Part shown: positions 40,622 through 50,900 of the stretch, in pieces
How the letters are laid out: each line of letters opens with the position of its first letter
Numbering within the stretch: position 1 is the stretch's first letter
NCBI GenBank assembly: GCA_965213925.1
Contig: OZ243927.1
Location: 800,001 to 864,000, forward strand
From: Trueperaceae bacterium
GTDB lineage: Bacteria > Deinococcota > Deinococci > Deinococcales > Trueperaceae
DNA length: 64,000 nt
Direction: 5' to 3'
Notes under the pieces: generated by a model
The model's input: the letters and a program-made list of their open reading frames with translations, nothing else
What the model was told of the DNA's origin: nothing
Databases searched by the model: none
Position numbers and translations under genes: made by a program

Positions 40622-41311
40622 CTACATTTGAACTTCCTCAGGACGGCTGCGAAACGCCACACCCGTCAGCCCAGGAGCGAGTTGCGAGGTCCTGACGAGG
40701 TAACGGCCTCTCGAGCCCAGCAAGCACCCTTCGCTGCGCAGTTGCTTAAACACACAGGTGACCGTCACACGGGTGACGTTGACCATAATCGCCACGTCGT
40801 CGTGGGTCAGGGCCAGCGCAAGTTCGGCCCAGCCACCCGGATGCGGGACACCGAAGCGCGCGACCAGCCAGTCTAAAAGCCACGCGACCCGCGTTTCGGC
40901 GGGGTAGGTCGAAAACACTACCCGCATTTCTGCGTAAGACAGCTGCTGCGCTACCTGACGAAAGAGGTCCAGGGGTACACCCTTTGAAAACGCGGCGCGC
41001 GGCGTGTAGGTGAGGGCAGCGTTTGGGGCGACGCAAACCGCGTCCGCTGTGTGATGTGCCTCAGGCGTCAAAAAGTTCGGCTCGAGGACGTCGCCAGGTC
41101 CTGCCAGACGTACGGTAATCTCGCGCCCCTGCTCAGTCAGGTGCGTCAACCGCACCAGGCCGGACGCAACCGTCTGAAGCCCTGTCACGCGGTCCCCACA
41201 GTGAAAGATGAGGTCGCCCTTGACGTAGTCGGTGACGAGGCCGGGGGCAACGTAGGCAACCGTGAACGGTGAGGGAGTAAAGTCTTGATTAGACGGCGTC
41301 AAAGTGTTCAC
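40622..41311 (-). CDS. Crp/Fnr-family transcriptional regulator
   Basis: SGLVRL...GREIT...GPGD; LTHDDVA.MV.VTRVTVT HTH. Confidence 0.9.
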   Translation of the reverse strand: MNTLTPSNQDFTPSPFTVAYVAPGLVTDYVKGDLIFHCGDRVTGLQTVASGLVRLTHLTEQGREITVRLAGPGDVLEPNFLTPEAHHTADAVCVAPNAALTYTPRAAFSKGVPLDLFRQVAQQLSYAEMRVVFSTYPAETRVAWLLDWLVARFGVPHPGGWAELALALTHDDVAIMVNVTRVTVTCVFKQLRSEGCLLGSRGRYLVRTSQLAPGLTGVAFRSRPEEVQM

Positions 41312-41358
41312 AAGCGTACCTCCTTGGCCTCGAGGCTAGGTGTTGAGCCAGGCTGCCG

Positions 41359-41375
41359 TCTTGAAAAATCTTGCG
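41359..41375 (-). promoter_or_regulatory. Putative AraC-type operator, copy 4
   Basis: TCTTGAAAAATCTTGCG. Confidence 0.65.
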
Positions 41376-41402
41376 CCGCAAAAAGGTGAGTCGTGCCCGT
41401 CC

Positions 41403-41843
41403 TCAAAACCGCCGAATCAGCGTCACGCCGCCCAACAAGAGCACAGCGCCCAAAACGCGCTGCCAGTTGAGGCGGTGCAACTCAAAGTTGAGGAGCCCGT
41501 AATGGTCAATAACGAGTGCCGCGACGAGCTGCCCCGTGATGATGAGCCCGATAAGGATGGCGGCTCCCAAGCGTGGCCCAGCGACGATGGTGCCGACCTG
41601 GTACAAAATCGCCAGCAACGCTGCGCTCCAGGCCCACAGCGGTACGGCGGGGAGGTCGGTAACACGGGGCGCAGGCGAGCGTACGCCCAGCGCGAGCCCC
41701 AACGACAGCGCGAGGCCGAGCGCGAAAATAGCGACCGACACCCAAAAGGGATGCCCGAGAAAGCCGCGCAGGGTCGTGTTGGCGGCGACCTGCACGGGGA
41801 TGGACGCGCCGATGAGCAGGGCGAGTAAGATGAAAGGCACCAT
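41403..41843 (-). CDS. DMT-superfamily (YdcZ-like) transporter
   Basis: PVQ.AAN..L, PRLGAA, GQL..ALVIDHYG. Confidence 0.85.
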   Translation of the reverse strand: MVPFILLALLIGASIPVQVAANTTLRGFLGHPFWVSVAIFALGLALSLGLALGVRSPAPRVTDLPAVPLWAWSAALLAILYQVGTIVAGPRLGAAILIGLIITGQLVAALVIDHYGLLNFELHRLNWQRVLGAVLLLGGVTLIRRF

Positions 41844-41937
41844 AGCTGACCTCCTTGAACCCGCACAGTTACAGGTAAAGGGTAAAAGACGGTGCCCCAA
41901 CCGTCTTTACCGATGTTCAATACGCGTTCGGCTCGAG

Positions 41938-42651
41938 CTAGTTTACAGGGGTGACGCTCACCCTGACCCACGACTTGTTGAGCGGGTAGATATAGCCGTC
42001 TTTCACGACGCGCACCACCCCGGTTTCGGTCTCACCCGTGTCGGGCCCGCTTTGGCGGGGGGCTTGGTTGGGGCCGCTCGGACCCTCGTTGACCTCGGTA
42101 TCCGCGTCCCAAAGAATAAGGTACGAGGTGATGTCGCCCGAGAGCGGGGTGCCGTCCGGGGCGAAGAGCGGGACGCCTTGCTCGGTCGGCGCGAAGAAGA
42201 GGTCGTTCGAGTCGCCAAACATCGTCGCCAGGGATAAGAGGTCGCCGGGCTCCGCCTGGAAGGAGAATGCGAAGCCGTCGCCGGGCAGCGCCGCCCCTGG
42301 CTCACCGGTGCTGTTCAGCGCGGTGAACGCCGCAGCCGACTTGACCGCGCCGCCCATGCGCGACTCCATCGCGGCGACGAGCGCGGCCAACGCGTCGCCC
42401 AGCTCCGCCGCGAAGCCGTCCTCGGCCACCGCTTCTAAGCCCTCACCGTAGTCGGGCTCTTCGTTTTTGAACAGAGGCGCGGGCGAGGTATGGACGACCC
42501 ACACGCCGGGGGACAAGGCGGGGATAACGTCTCGACCGGAGACTTGGATCATGTCAGAAGGCGAGATGTTCTCAACGGAGACGTTGAAGGTCGTTTGGGC
42601 GAGGCTTAGGCTGAGCAAGACGGTTGTCAAGAGTGTTAAGAGGTATTTCAT
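41938..42651 (-). CDS. Secreted spondin-domain protein
   Basis: LSPGVWVVH, GLE.VAEDG, LSLATMFGDSNDLFFA, LWDADTEVNE. Confidence 0.85.
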   Translation of the reverse strand: MKYLLTLLTTVLLSLSLAQTTFNVSVENISPSDMIQVSGRDVIPALSPGVWVVHTSPAPLFKNEEPDYGEGLEAVAEDGFAAELGDALAALVAAMESRMGGAVKSAAAFTALNSTGEPGAALPGDGFAFSFQAEPGDLLSLATMFGDSNDLFFAPTEQGVPLFAPDGTPLSGDITSYLILWDADTEVNEGPSGPNQAPRQSGPDTGETETGVVRVVKDGYIYPLNKSWVRVSVTPVN

Positions 42652-42881
42652 ACCTTTCTCCTTTTTCTTTGCTGAGTGCGTACGTTTAGGTCAAAGCCCT
42701 GTCTTCCCTAGCTTTAAGTATCGGGTCGCGTCGTCTCAGCAGACGATGATGGTCTTGTTCTCCCTCTCGACCTAAAGGATGAGAAGGTGCCTGGGCCGGT
42801 AGCGCTTGCCTTGATAAGTGATGCAGGAGGCGTTCCTTGCTTACGTCCCGCCAATAAAGGCGCACATGTAGACACTGCCTC

Positions 42882-43764
42882 ACCCCAATTCGGAAAAGGG
42901 AAATTCAAAGCTCAAATGCCCCTAAACGGCTGAGTTGGTAAGCGAGCAAGGTGGTGTAAACGTGCAGGATGCAGCCCACCGTCGAGCGGTAGGGTCTGTC
43001 AGAGAGTCCAAGTCTATCCAAGGACGAGAAGACCGACTCAACGATGCGGTGTCCTTGGTAAAGCCTCTGCTCACGCTTGGGCGGGGGTAGCTGGTTGCTG
43101 CGGCGCGGGGTTATAAGGTCAACCGCTTGGGAGGCAACGTCGGCTTTAAGCTCGGAGCTGATATAGCCTTTATCGGCGGTTACAATGGCGTAAGTGAGTT
43201 TGTCTAGTAGGCGAGGCGCGACCTTAACATCATGTTCGTTCGCGCCTCGCAGCAGTACCTCACAGAGTCTGCCTGTATCGTCCACACGCGCATGAAGCCG
43301 AAAGCCATAGAAGGTGGTGTTATGGACGTGGTCACGCCCATAACTGCCCGCAAGCTTGGTCCTTTTAGCACGGGCAAAATCTACTACTTCTAGTTTCTTC
43401 GAGTCGAGGTGCTGTTTCGTCGTGTTATGCCCGGTGCAAAGCTGTTTAACCGCGAGAATAATCTGTCCTATCAGGAGGCGCTTACGCTCACAAAACGTTG
43501 AGGGTACAGGTACGTCCACGCCGAACGATGCAGCAACTTCAAGCATCTTCCGGCTATAGCGAAAACTCGACAGCTTCTGATAGACCGCTAAGGCGATGAT
43601 GAACGAGTCTGGAAAAACAGGAGCACGTCCTTGAGGGGCTTTTCTACGCTTCTTGAGGGGTAAACGTTCGACGGCTTGTATAATCTCTTCGAGGGTTGGG
43701 ATTTTGCGCATACATCATTGCAACCCTCACTTCTCCCGCTGTCAAATCTTTTCCGAATTGGCGT
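42882..43764 (-). mobile_element. Complete IS982-family element (transposase 42905-43711)
   Basis: 17-bp IRs ACCCCAATTCGGAAAAG / ACGCCAATTCGGAAAAG; 6-bp direct repeat TGCCTC; FYGFRLH, ADKGYIS, RIVESVFS. Confidence 0.9.
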
Positions 43765-43806
43765 TGCCTCGTCATCTCTCACGTGTCCAGATGCCATATG
43801 TATTTG

Positions 43807-45666
43807 TTAGGGCTCGAGCGGCAGCGTATAGACCGCCGTGCCTGCCGTGATGAAGAGCGTCCGTCCATCCGGCCCGCCAAAGGCGACGTTCGTGCCGACC
43901 TGTGGCAGCGGGACGGTGACCAGAACCTCGGCCTCGGGCGAGAGAACGACCAGGCCGCCGGGTGCGGTAGCGAAAAGGTTGCCTGCGCCGTCCACTTTGA
44001 GCCCGTCCGCGTTGCCTTCTAAAGAAGAGTCGAACTGATGGAACATGTGGCCGTTTAAAAGCGTCCCTTCCTCAGCAACGTCATAAACGTACAGGGCCTG
44101 CGTCGCCGTGTCGCTGACGTAGAGCAACGACGCGTCGGGTGAAAAGGCGAGGCCGTTCGGCGCGGCCAAATCGTCAGCCAAGAGGGTCACGTTGCCGTCC
44201 TCCTCGAGCCGGTAAACGCCGGAGAAGTCGAGCTCGGCCTCCTGCCCTTCGAGGCCGAGGGGCGGACCCAGCAGACCGAAGGTCGGGTCTGTGAAGTAGA
44301 CCCGACCCGAGCAACTCACCACGAGGTCGTTCGGGCTGTTGAGCTTGTCGCCCTCGTAGCCATTCGCCAGGACGTTGAGAGTCTCGCCGTCAACCTTGGA
44401 CACCGCGCGGTCGTGCTGAGCGACGATGATGTCGCCCTCTTCAGTCTGGACGAGGCCGTTCGCGTGACCCGAGGGCTCGAGCCAGACCTCGGCGTTCCCT
44501 TCCGAGACCTCGTAGATGGCGTTCGCGTAGATGTCGCTCACGAGCAAGCCGTCGCCCGTCCACAGCGGGTCTTCGGTAAACTCAAAACCGTCGGCGTAGA
44601 GGACCGGCGTCGCACCTTCGGCCACAGGCGACGGCCTCTGCTCGAGCAACGCCGCCACCGGCACCCCAACCAGCTCGAAGGGCAGCTCGGGCGGCGTATT
44701 TAACGCGCCGTTCTCGTCGTCGATGATGTGGTCGAGCTGGCTGTTGACCGTCCAGAGTCGCCCGTCAAGGACAGCCGACGAGGTCGGGCGGTTGTAGACC
44801 TCTTCAAAGGCGTCGTGAGAGGTCAGCTCGGTGCTCGAGTAATCCTCGGCGAACACAGCGCTGACGACGGACGCGGGCGGCGTCACGTTGACCATCAGCA
44901 GGCTGTCTCCGTGAAAGAACATCCCGTCCGAGCCGCCAAAGGTTTCTACCGCGTCGCCCGAAAGTTCAACGTCCGTGACCTCTTTCGTCTCCAGGTCAAC
45001 GCGCACCAAGCGCCCGCCGCCTTGGTTGATGCGGTCCATCACCGAGGCGATGAGATAATCTCCGCCGGGCGTGAGCGCCAGGCCGTTCAGTCCAAAGGCC
45101 CGCTCCGGGTCGGGGTTCATCAAGAGGTCATCCTGCACGAAGACCTCGACCCCTTGTAGCTCCGGGGCCGCCGTCCAGATGACGGGCGCGGCCGTGTCCG
45201 AGACGTAAACGCGCCCATCATCGGCAATCGCGATCTCGTTAAAAAAGTGCGGGCTGTCGTCCGGGTCGGCCAAAGAGGCGAGAGGTTCGCCCGAAATGAG
45301 GTCATACACCTTGAGATCGCTCGTAAACCCGTCAAAGGAAAAGTTGGCGACCCACAGACGGCTTCTGGTCTCGTCCGCGGCCAAGCCGACCGCGCTCGAG
45401 AGCCCATCCTCGCCTGGCTCCTTGAAGCTCTCGACCTCGCCGCCTGCAACTTTCAAGATGGAGCCGTTGCCGAAGCCGGTGATGAACATGTCGCCGTTCT
45501 CCAGCGCCACGATGCCTTCCGGGTAGAGTGCCTCGCCGGGCAGAGCCAGTGTGGCGACCTCCTGCGCCCTTGCACCCGCCGCTAGCATGAGCACCGTCAG
45601 CGCGAGCAGCGCCACCAAGCCCGGAAGACCGCGACGAGCCGCAGCCCCCAATCCTTTTCGCCTCAT
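43807..45666 (-). CDS. Secreted tandem SMP-30/gluconolactonase beta-propeller protein
   Basis: Signal peptide; YPEGI, FNEIA, LNGLA in domain 1; FTEDPLW, LNSPNDL, YFTDP, PNGLAFSPD, ADGLKVD in domain 2. Confidence 0.85.
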   Translation of the reverse strand: MRRKGLGAAARRGLPGLVALLALTVLMLAAGARAQEVATLALPGEALYPEGIVALENGDMFITGFGNGSILKVAGGEVESFKEPGEDGLSSAVGLAADETRSRLWVANFSFDGFTSDLKVYDLISGEPLASLADPDDSPHFFNEIAIADDGRVYVSDTAAPVIWTAAPELQGVEVFVQDDLLMNPDPERAFGLNGLALTPGGDYLIASVMDRINQGGGRLVRVDLETKEVTDVELSGDAVETFGGSDGMFFHGDSLLMVNVTPPASVVSAVFAEDYSSTELTSHDAFEEVYNRPTSSAVLDGRLWTVNSQLDHIIDDENGALNTPPELPFELVGVPVAALLEQRPSPVAEGATPVLYADGFEFTEDPLWTGDGLLVSDIYANAIYEVSEGNAEVWLEPSGHANGLVQTEEGDIIVAQHDRAVSKVDGETLNVLANGYEGDKLNSPNDLVVSCSGRVYFTDPTFGLLGPPLGLEGQEAELDFSGVYRLEEDGNVTLLADDLAAPNGLAFSPDASLLYVSDTATQALYVYDVAEEGTLLNGHMFHQFDSSLEGNADGLKVDGAGNLFATAPGGLVVLSPEAEVLVTVPLPQVGTNVAFGGPDGRTLFITAGTAVYTLPLEP

Positions 45667-45748
45667 GTCGTCACTCCTTTCGGCGCCGGTGCTTCGCCTC
45701 GAGGGTGCGCCAGCGCGTATCGAGCCTAGAAGCTTTTGGACCATGAAG

Positions 45749-45765
45749 TCTTGAAGAATCTTGCG
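45749..45765 (-). promoter_or_regulatory. Putative AraC-type operator, copy 5
   Basis: TCTTGAAGAATCTTGCG. Confidence 0.65.
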
Positions 45766-46282
45766 AGACGATGCGGCGTGACGGGTTCCGGGCTCAATCG
45801 TGACTAGCGGGTTGTGCATTCCCGCCTCACGCCTTCGCCCACCTTCCGCGTTCGCCACGCTTCGGGGAGATTGTTAAAGCGCAGCTCGAGCGCTTCAGGA
45901 AGTGGAGCTTGAACACGCCATAGTCATGCTCGTGCCCGAAACGTCCCCCGTCTGCGCGCACCAGCGTCCTCACCCCGGCGAGCAACAACCTCGAGGAGGG
46001 GCAAGATGACCTGCGCGTTCGCGGCGGGCGGACTGGGTCGCCACCGGGTTCGTTAGCGCGGCGTCGCCGACCTCTGACACCTCGGCTAAAGCCAGAAGAT
46101 GTGACGGGCAGCCCGTCTTTATTAACCTTAGTCAGGTCATGCGGGCGGTTTGTAAACCCCGGTGTATGCAGAATGCCCGTTAAACACTTCGGAGGAGAAA
46201 CGAATGCGTTTGTGTGGCTATGTCAAAACAGCCACGTGAACTGATGTTGAAGAAATTATGGGGAAAGGTGCAGAAGTTCTTA

Positions 46283-47544
46283 TTGGCTCATCCAGTTAAT
46301 TCGACTCAGGACTAAGCTGAGGACCTCACTTTAAGGAGGTCGGTGATGCGTCCTTGCGCCCGTGTTCGTCAGCTAACCGAGGAAGAGTATAGGAACTCAA
46401 GCGTTGGGAACGCTCACGGACGATGGGGCTAGTTCACGGCGGGCACGCACCGTGCTGCAGTCGAACCTAGGGTTGTCGGTACATGAGGTGGGCGAGAAGC
46501 TCGAGCTACACCACCAGACGGTGCGCAAGTGGGTGAACCGCTTCACGAAGCTGGGTATTCCTGGTTTAGAAGAAAGCCCGCGTCACGGGCGACCTCACAT
46601 CTACAAAAGCGAGCATGTCGGCACTGTTATTCAAACGGCTTTAACGAAACCTGATGAGCTAGGTTTACCTTTTGGCGCTTGGACCCTCGACAGGCTGGTC
46701 GTCTACCTCAGTGAAGAGAAGGGCATCATGATGGGACGCAGTCGTATGAGCGAAATCTTCAGGAACGAGGGGCTGAGGTGGCGACAACAAGGAGGGTGGT
46801 ATGGACAAAAGGTGGACCCCGAGTTCGCTGAAAAAAAGGGTGCCACCCTACAGCTCTACACCGACCCACCAGAGAACAGCGTCGTCCTCTGCATAGACGA
46901 GATGGGACCGCTCGCCTCAAGAACATATGAAGGTAAGGAGCTGACCAAAATTCGTGGACCCCCCGCCGGACGCGCGAAAGTCGCGCTTGACTATACACAT
47001 CGCCCGAAAGGTGGTTTCGTCTTCGGCGCATTAGAACCCGCCTCAGGCGCAGTATTCACTGAGATGGTCCCGCGCCGCATCGGCGGGCACTATACCGAGT
47101 TTCTGGGAAAGGTCGAGCAGTGGGTCCCGCCCGAGGTCAAGCACATCTACGCCATCATCGACAATCTCTACATGCACAGCTCTTACGACGTGCTCCTTTT
47201 TAGTCTGGCTCACCCCAGGTGGGAGTTCGTCTTCCAGCCCAAGTACGCTAGGTTACCGACAATACCCGCTTCGCAGGGCACAGGACCGGATTCGCCTAGC
47301 GGCGATCACCTAGGGGTATCTCAACCTCACCGAGCCCTGGTGGAAGACGTTACGCTCTTTAGCTCTCAAAGGCAGGCGCTTCGAGGTCTGGACCGAGATG
47401 GTTGAGCCCATTCGAAGAGCCACTGCCTACTGGAATGACCACAAGCACCCTTACGTTTGGGGCAGAAGAAGACGCCACCGCACGCCGCGTAAGTTTGGCG
47501 TCGCCGCCCTCCCTACCGTGAGCGCTTTTTAATGGACGAACCAT
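46283..47544 (+). mobile_element. IS630-family element with disrupted transposase
   Basis: TA-TTGGCTCATCCA...TGGACGAACCAT-TA; CIDEMGP, IIDNL..H, PKYA, YLN..EPWW; 5' frameshift and a 66-bp insertion. Confidence 0.88.
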
Positions 47545-47546
47545 TA

Positions 47547-47651
47547 TTGGTGCATCTTTTAAGTCCGCTGCAAGGTGTTTTCTCAGTGGTTTGCGCTGGC
47601 AATACGGAAAGCCACTTCCGAAGCGTGCGCGAGATTAACCGGATGCACCAT
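47547..47651. mobile_element. IS630-derived MITE (105 bp) sharing a TA with the IS630
   Basis: TTGGTGCATC...GGATGCACCAT-TA. Confidence 0.8.
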
Positions 47652-47689
47652 TATGCAACGAACCGGGCCGTTCGCGATCTAAAACCTTG

Positions 47690-47719
47690 TGCGTGAGATG
47701 CGCGCGTCTCTTGCAGAAG
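47690..47719. repeat. REP-like palindrome
   Basis: TGCGTGAGATGCGCGCGTCTCTTGCAGAAG. Confidence 0.75.
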
Positions 47720-47975
47720 ACTTCAGCTATCTGGTCGCCGTAAATATGGTCCGCGCTGCTGAGCAACCGGCCTGACTCGAGCAGGTGCTCCGCCTTCAGC
47801 TACGTACTTGGCGTAGTTTTTGCTCACATAGACGATGTTTTTAAGTTCACACGGTGCAAGTAGCGTCACATCGGAGAGCATCACGGTAAGACCGCTGCGT
47901 TCAACCAGCAAATTTGTTAGAAGATAGACGGTGCTACCCTTCAATTCTCACCAATCCACGCCGTTTTCGTTAACA

Positions 47976-49157
47976 TCAGGTTTCTTCGTCTATAAAAAGT
48001 ACATCGCGCACGAGACTGCGGCTGTCCGCCTGACCGCCAAGCGAACCCGCCAGGGTGCCGAACGCGGAGACGAACAGGCTCAGCTTGATATGGTCGAGCG
48101 TTCGCACCGCCGGGTCTACGGTCGGCCACGTCTCCATAAGTTGGCGCGGAAAAATCGTAGCGACGCCCAAGTAGACGAGCGCGGCGAAGGCGGCAAAAAT
48201 AAACAGCGTCGTCAGCGTAAGACTGAGCAGGATAGCCGCCCCGGTGACGACGCTCGACTCGGCTAAACGTCGGCCCCTGCGCCGGGGTGCGCCGAAAGCG
48301 AAGGCGCGGTAGAGCGCAAACGTTCCCACCGCTACGGACACACCCGCAAACAAGATGAGTTGGTACAGCTCGACGGTGCTTGCTACGTCCCACATCTCCG
48401 GGCTGAAAAACACGACGATGATAACCGACAGCGCTGCGGTAATCAGGGTAGGCAGGCGCGTCGCCAAACGCAGCGGGTTCGCCCTGGCTACAGCGTGAGC
48501 GATACTACGCCAGTCGCTCCGAAGCGTGCGCAGCACGAAACCCCAGCGGTTGCCCTGGCTCGTGCGCTCGTGCGCTTCACGCGGCAGGGCTAGGCGCACG
48601 TGGTTCCGCTGCTCGGGCGTCAGCGTCGCCATCGCGCCCAAATCGTCTACGCTTTCAAAATCGTACATCGCGTTGTGCGCCTCGTCCGAGTGCGGCAAGT
48701 TGAGAAGATGACCGAGCGTATGCAGCAGGAGGTGATTTAGGCGCTGCACGGTGAGCGCCTCGTCCGCTTCTTCCCCCCAAAAAGCGGGCTCGAGCCGCTT
48801 CGTCGAGATGACGCCGATGTTGGTCAGCTGACTCGGCAGGGCGAGGGTGTAAGAAAGTGTGGTGGCGGCGAGGTCGACTTCAGTGACGATGAGGAGAAAG
48901 TCGGCGTTACGCTCGAGTTTTTCGCTCACGCCGAGGCGCAGAAAGTCGAGCGGCGCGTAGGCTCCGGCGGTCGGGGTGAGGTGCGGTCCGTCGAAACGGA
49001 GTAGGTCAACACGCAGCCCTAGTTCGGTGCCAAGCGCCTTGTCAAACGCCGTCACCGCCTCGTTCGCCAGCCTCTCGAAACGCTCCGAGTGCTTGCCCTC
49101 CACGTCTATCGTCATCACACCGACGACGTACTCACGGCTCGAGGGGGTCTTAGACAT
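47976..49157 (-). CDS. Zincin-like domain fused to a multi-TM membrane domain
   Basis: HTLGHLLNLPH...NAM Met-turn; C-terminal TM helices with FSPEMWD. Confidence 0.6.
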   Translation of the reverse strand: MSKTPSSREYVVGVMTIDVEGKHSERFERLANEAVTAFDKALGTELGLRVDLLRFDGPHLTPTAGAYAPLDFLRLGVSEKLERNADFLLIVTEVDLAATTLSYTLALPSQLTNIGVISTKRLEPAFWGEEADEALTVQRLNHLLLHTLGHLLNLPHSDEAHNAMYDFESVDDLGAMATLTPEQRNHVRLALPREAHERTSQGNRWGFVLRTLRSDWRSIAHAVARANPLRLATRLPTLITAALSVIIVVFFSPEMWDVASTVELYQLILFAGVSVAVGTFALYRAFAFGAPRRRGRRLAESSVVTGAAILLSLTLTTLFIFAAFAALVYLGVATIFPRQLMETWPTVDPAVRTLDHIKLSLFVSAFGTLAGSLGGQADSRSLVRDVLFIDEET

Positions 49158-49582
49158 GGTTGCTCACTAAGCTGAGTATACGTGACGCGCCTGTGCCAAT
49201 TCGGGACAGTTCCCTCAATCAGAAAATTTCTTACGCTAAGGCAAGCTGCCCCGTTTACAGCATTCGGTTCGTTTTGATCAGTTGTGTCGGGAACGTTCTA
49301 CTTGTGAACTAGACACTCAAACCGTCCGAAGAGCAAAGACAGGGCAGCTACGCTTAGTGCAGCAAAGCTTATTCAGGACTCAACTTATTCGCTTACCGTT
49401 AATTTTTTCCAAGCAGGGAACTACCCCTATTTGCGGTGTCCCTACGCGGAGAGATGTTCACCGAGAACTTGATACGGTGATGGAGCTACAACACGCTTGG
49501 CTGAATGGCGAGCAAGGGCACCGGATTAGCGGTTCAAGGACCACTAGCGCCCTTTTGCTTACTCAAGCTGCATAAGTCCTTC

Positions 49583-49608
49583 TGCGAGAGACGCGCGCGT
49601 CTCTCGCA
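49583..49608. repeat. REP-like palindrome (perfect)
   Basis: TGCGAGAGACGCGCGCGTCTCTCGCA. Confidence 0.8.
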
Positions 49609-49656
49609 TACCGCTTATGCAACCCTCGGTCCGTAGTCCTACCTTGTAGATTTCAA

Positions 49657-50187
49657 TCACTCAGCCTGCTGTCGGCTTGGGAACCGCTGCTCGGCGACCT
49701 TACGCAAAAGACGGTGCAGCGTCTCCCGCTCGGTCCCGCTCAAACACCCGTAGGTATCACTATCCGCCGCGTCGATAATGCTCCTACTCTCTTTGAGAAC
49801 GCGCTCACCCCGAGCGGTCAGTACCAGCTCGTAATAGCGTCGGTCATGGGTGCTCTTCACGCGCTGCACGTAACCGAGCGCTTCTAAGTCGTCTACAAGG
49901 CGCACCACGTGGGTGCGGTCCAAGCCTAGGTTCTGACTGATGGCGACCTGTGAGCGATGCTCGCTCTCGGCGATGAGCTTCATCACGCCAAGCTGACGCG
50001 CGTCGATGTGAAGCGGCTCCAACATCTCCTCCAGGACGAGCTGCGCCATCTGCGCGACGTAGCTCAGTACGTACCCCGTCTCCGACGCCAGCGTCTCGGA
50101 GAGGTCGTGAGAGTTGAAGTAGAGGGGCGGCGCGGGCACGCGATTCCGTTTAGGGACTGCTCGAGCATCTTTTGAAGCCTCAGACAT
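49657..50187 (-). CDS. MarR-family transcriptional regulator
   Basis: SQ.AIS..LGLDRT..VRLVDDLE..GYV.R....DRR....LTARG. Confidence 0.92.
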   Translation of the reverse strand: MSEASKDARAVPKRNRVPAPPLYFNSHDLSETLASETGYVLSYVAQMAQLVLEEMLEPLHIDARQLGVMKLIAESEHRSQVAISQNLGLDRTHVVRLVDDLEALGYVQRVKSTHDRRYYELVLTARGERVLKESRSIIDAADSDTYGCLSGTERETLHRLLRKVAEQRFPSRQQAE

Positions 50188-50890
50188 GGGCTAGTCTACA
50201 CGTCGTGCGCCGAACCACTCTCATGTGGGTAGCCCTGCGCAGGTACGCGAGCAAGCGGTGCTGCATTTCAAAGGTCTCCAAAAGCACGTCTCGAAAACCC
50301 TTGTCCGTTACCTCGTCGTCGCGGAAATGTCGGATGGTCAGGTACTGGTTGAGCCGCAGCAGGTGAATCGCGGGGTGGTCAGTGCTGTAGCCGCGCGGCG
50401 CGTTTTTAAGGCTGTCCTCATCGTCTAGAACGTCAGAAAACACCTTGCGAAAGGCGTCGTTGTCAACGAGCTGCTCGAGTTCCTCCGGCTTGTCATGGAT
50501 GCACTCGCGAATGGTACTTAGCACCTCGCGCTTAGGCGAATGAAGCCCGCCGCCAGCGACGCTCCCGCCGGGCGTGATGTTGAGGTAGTACCCCGGTTCG
50601 ACCTCCCCTAGAGGCGCAATGACCGCCATGATGTACGTTTTGAGCGGCGCGGCGTTGTCAGGGTGAAAGCGCGTATCGCGGTAGATGCGGGGCAAGCTCA
50701 CGACGCTGCCGCCTCCTAAATCCTTGCGCAGGCGTTCGTCGAAGGGGGCGATGTCGACTGCGACACCCTTGATACTCTGCTCGAAGGCAACTTTCATCGC
50801 CTTATAGTCGTCTTTACGCTCGTTGAACCAGTCCTTGGTGTTGTTTTGCTCGAGCTGGCGGAAGAACTCGAGCAAGGTCGGGTCGATCAT
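50180..50890 (-). CDS. DUF2461 (TIGR02453-like) protein
   Basis: FF.QL..NN.KDWF...K..Y, RIYRDTRF, LKNAPRGY..DHP.I.LLR. Confidence 0.85.
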   Translation of the reverse strand: MIDPTLLEFFRQLEQNNTKDWFNERKDDYKAMKVAFEQSIKGVAVDIAPFDERLRKDLGGGSVVSLPRIYRDTRFHPDNAAPLKTYIMAVIAPLGEVEPGYYLNITPGGSVAGGGLHSPKREVLSTIRECIHDKPEELEQLVDNDAFRKVFSDVLDDEDSLKNAPRGYSTDHPAIHLLRLNQYLTIRHFRDDEVTDKGFRDVLLETFEMQHRLLAYLRRATHMRVVRRTTCRLAHV

Positions 50891-50900
50891 GCTGCCTCTA

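Noticed and set aside
45860..46280. Possible gene remnant upstream of the IS630
   Set aside because: No ORF of 60 aa or more and no motif I can identify
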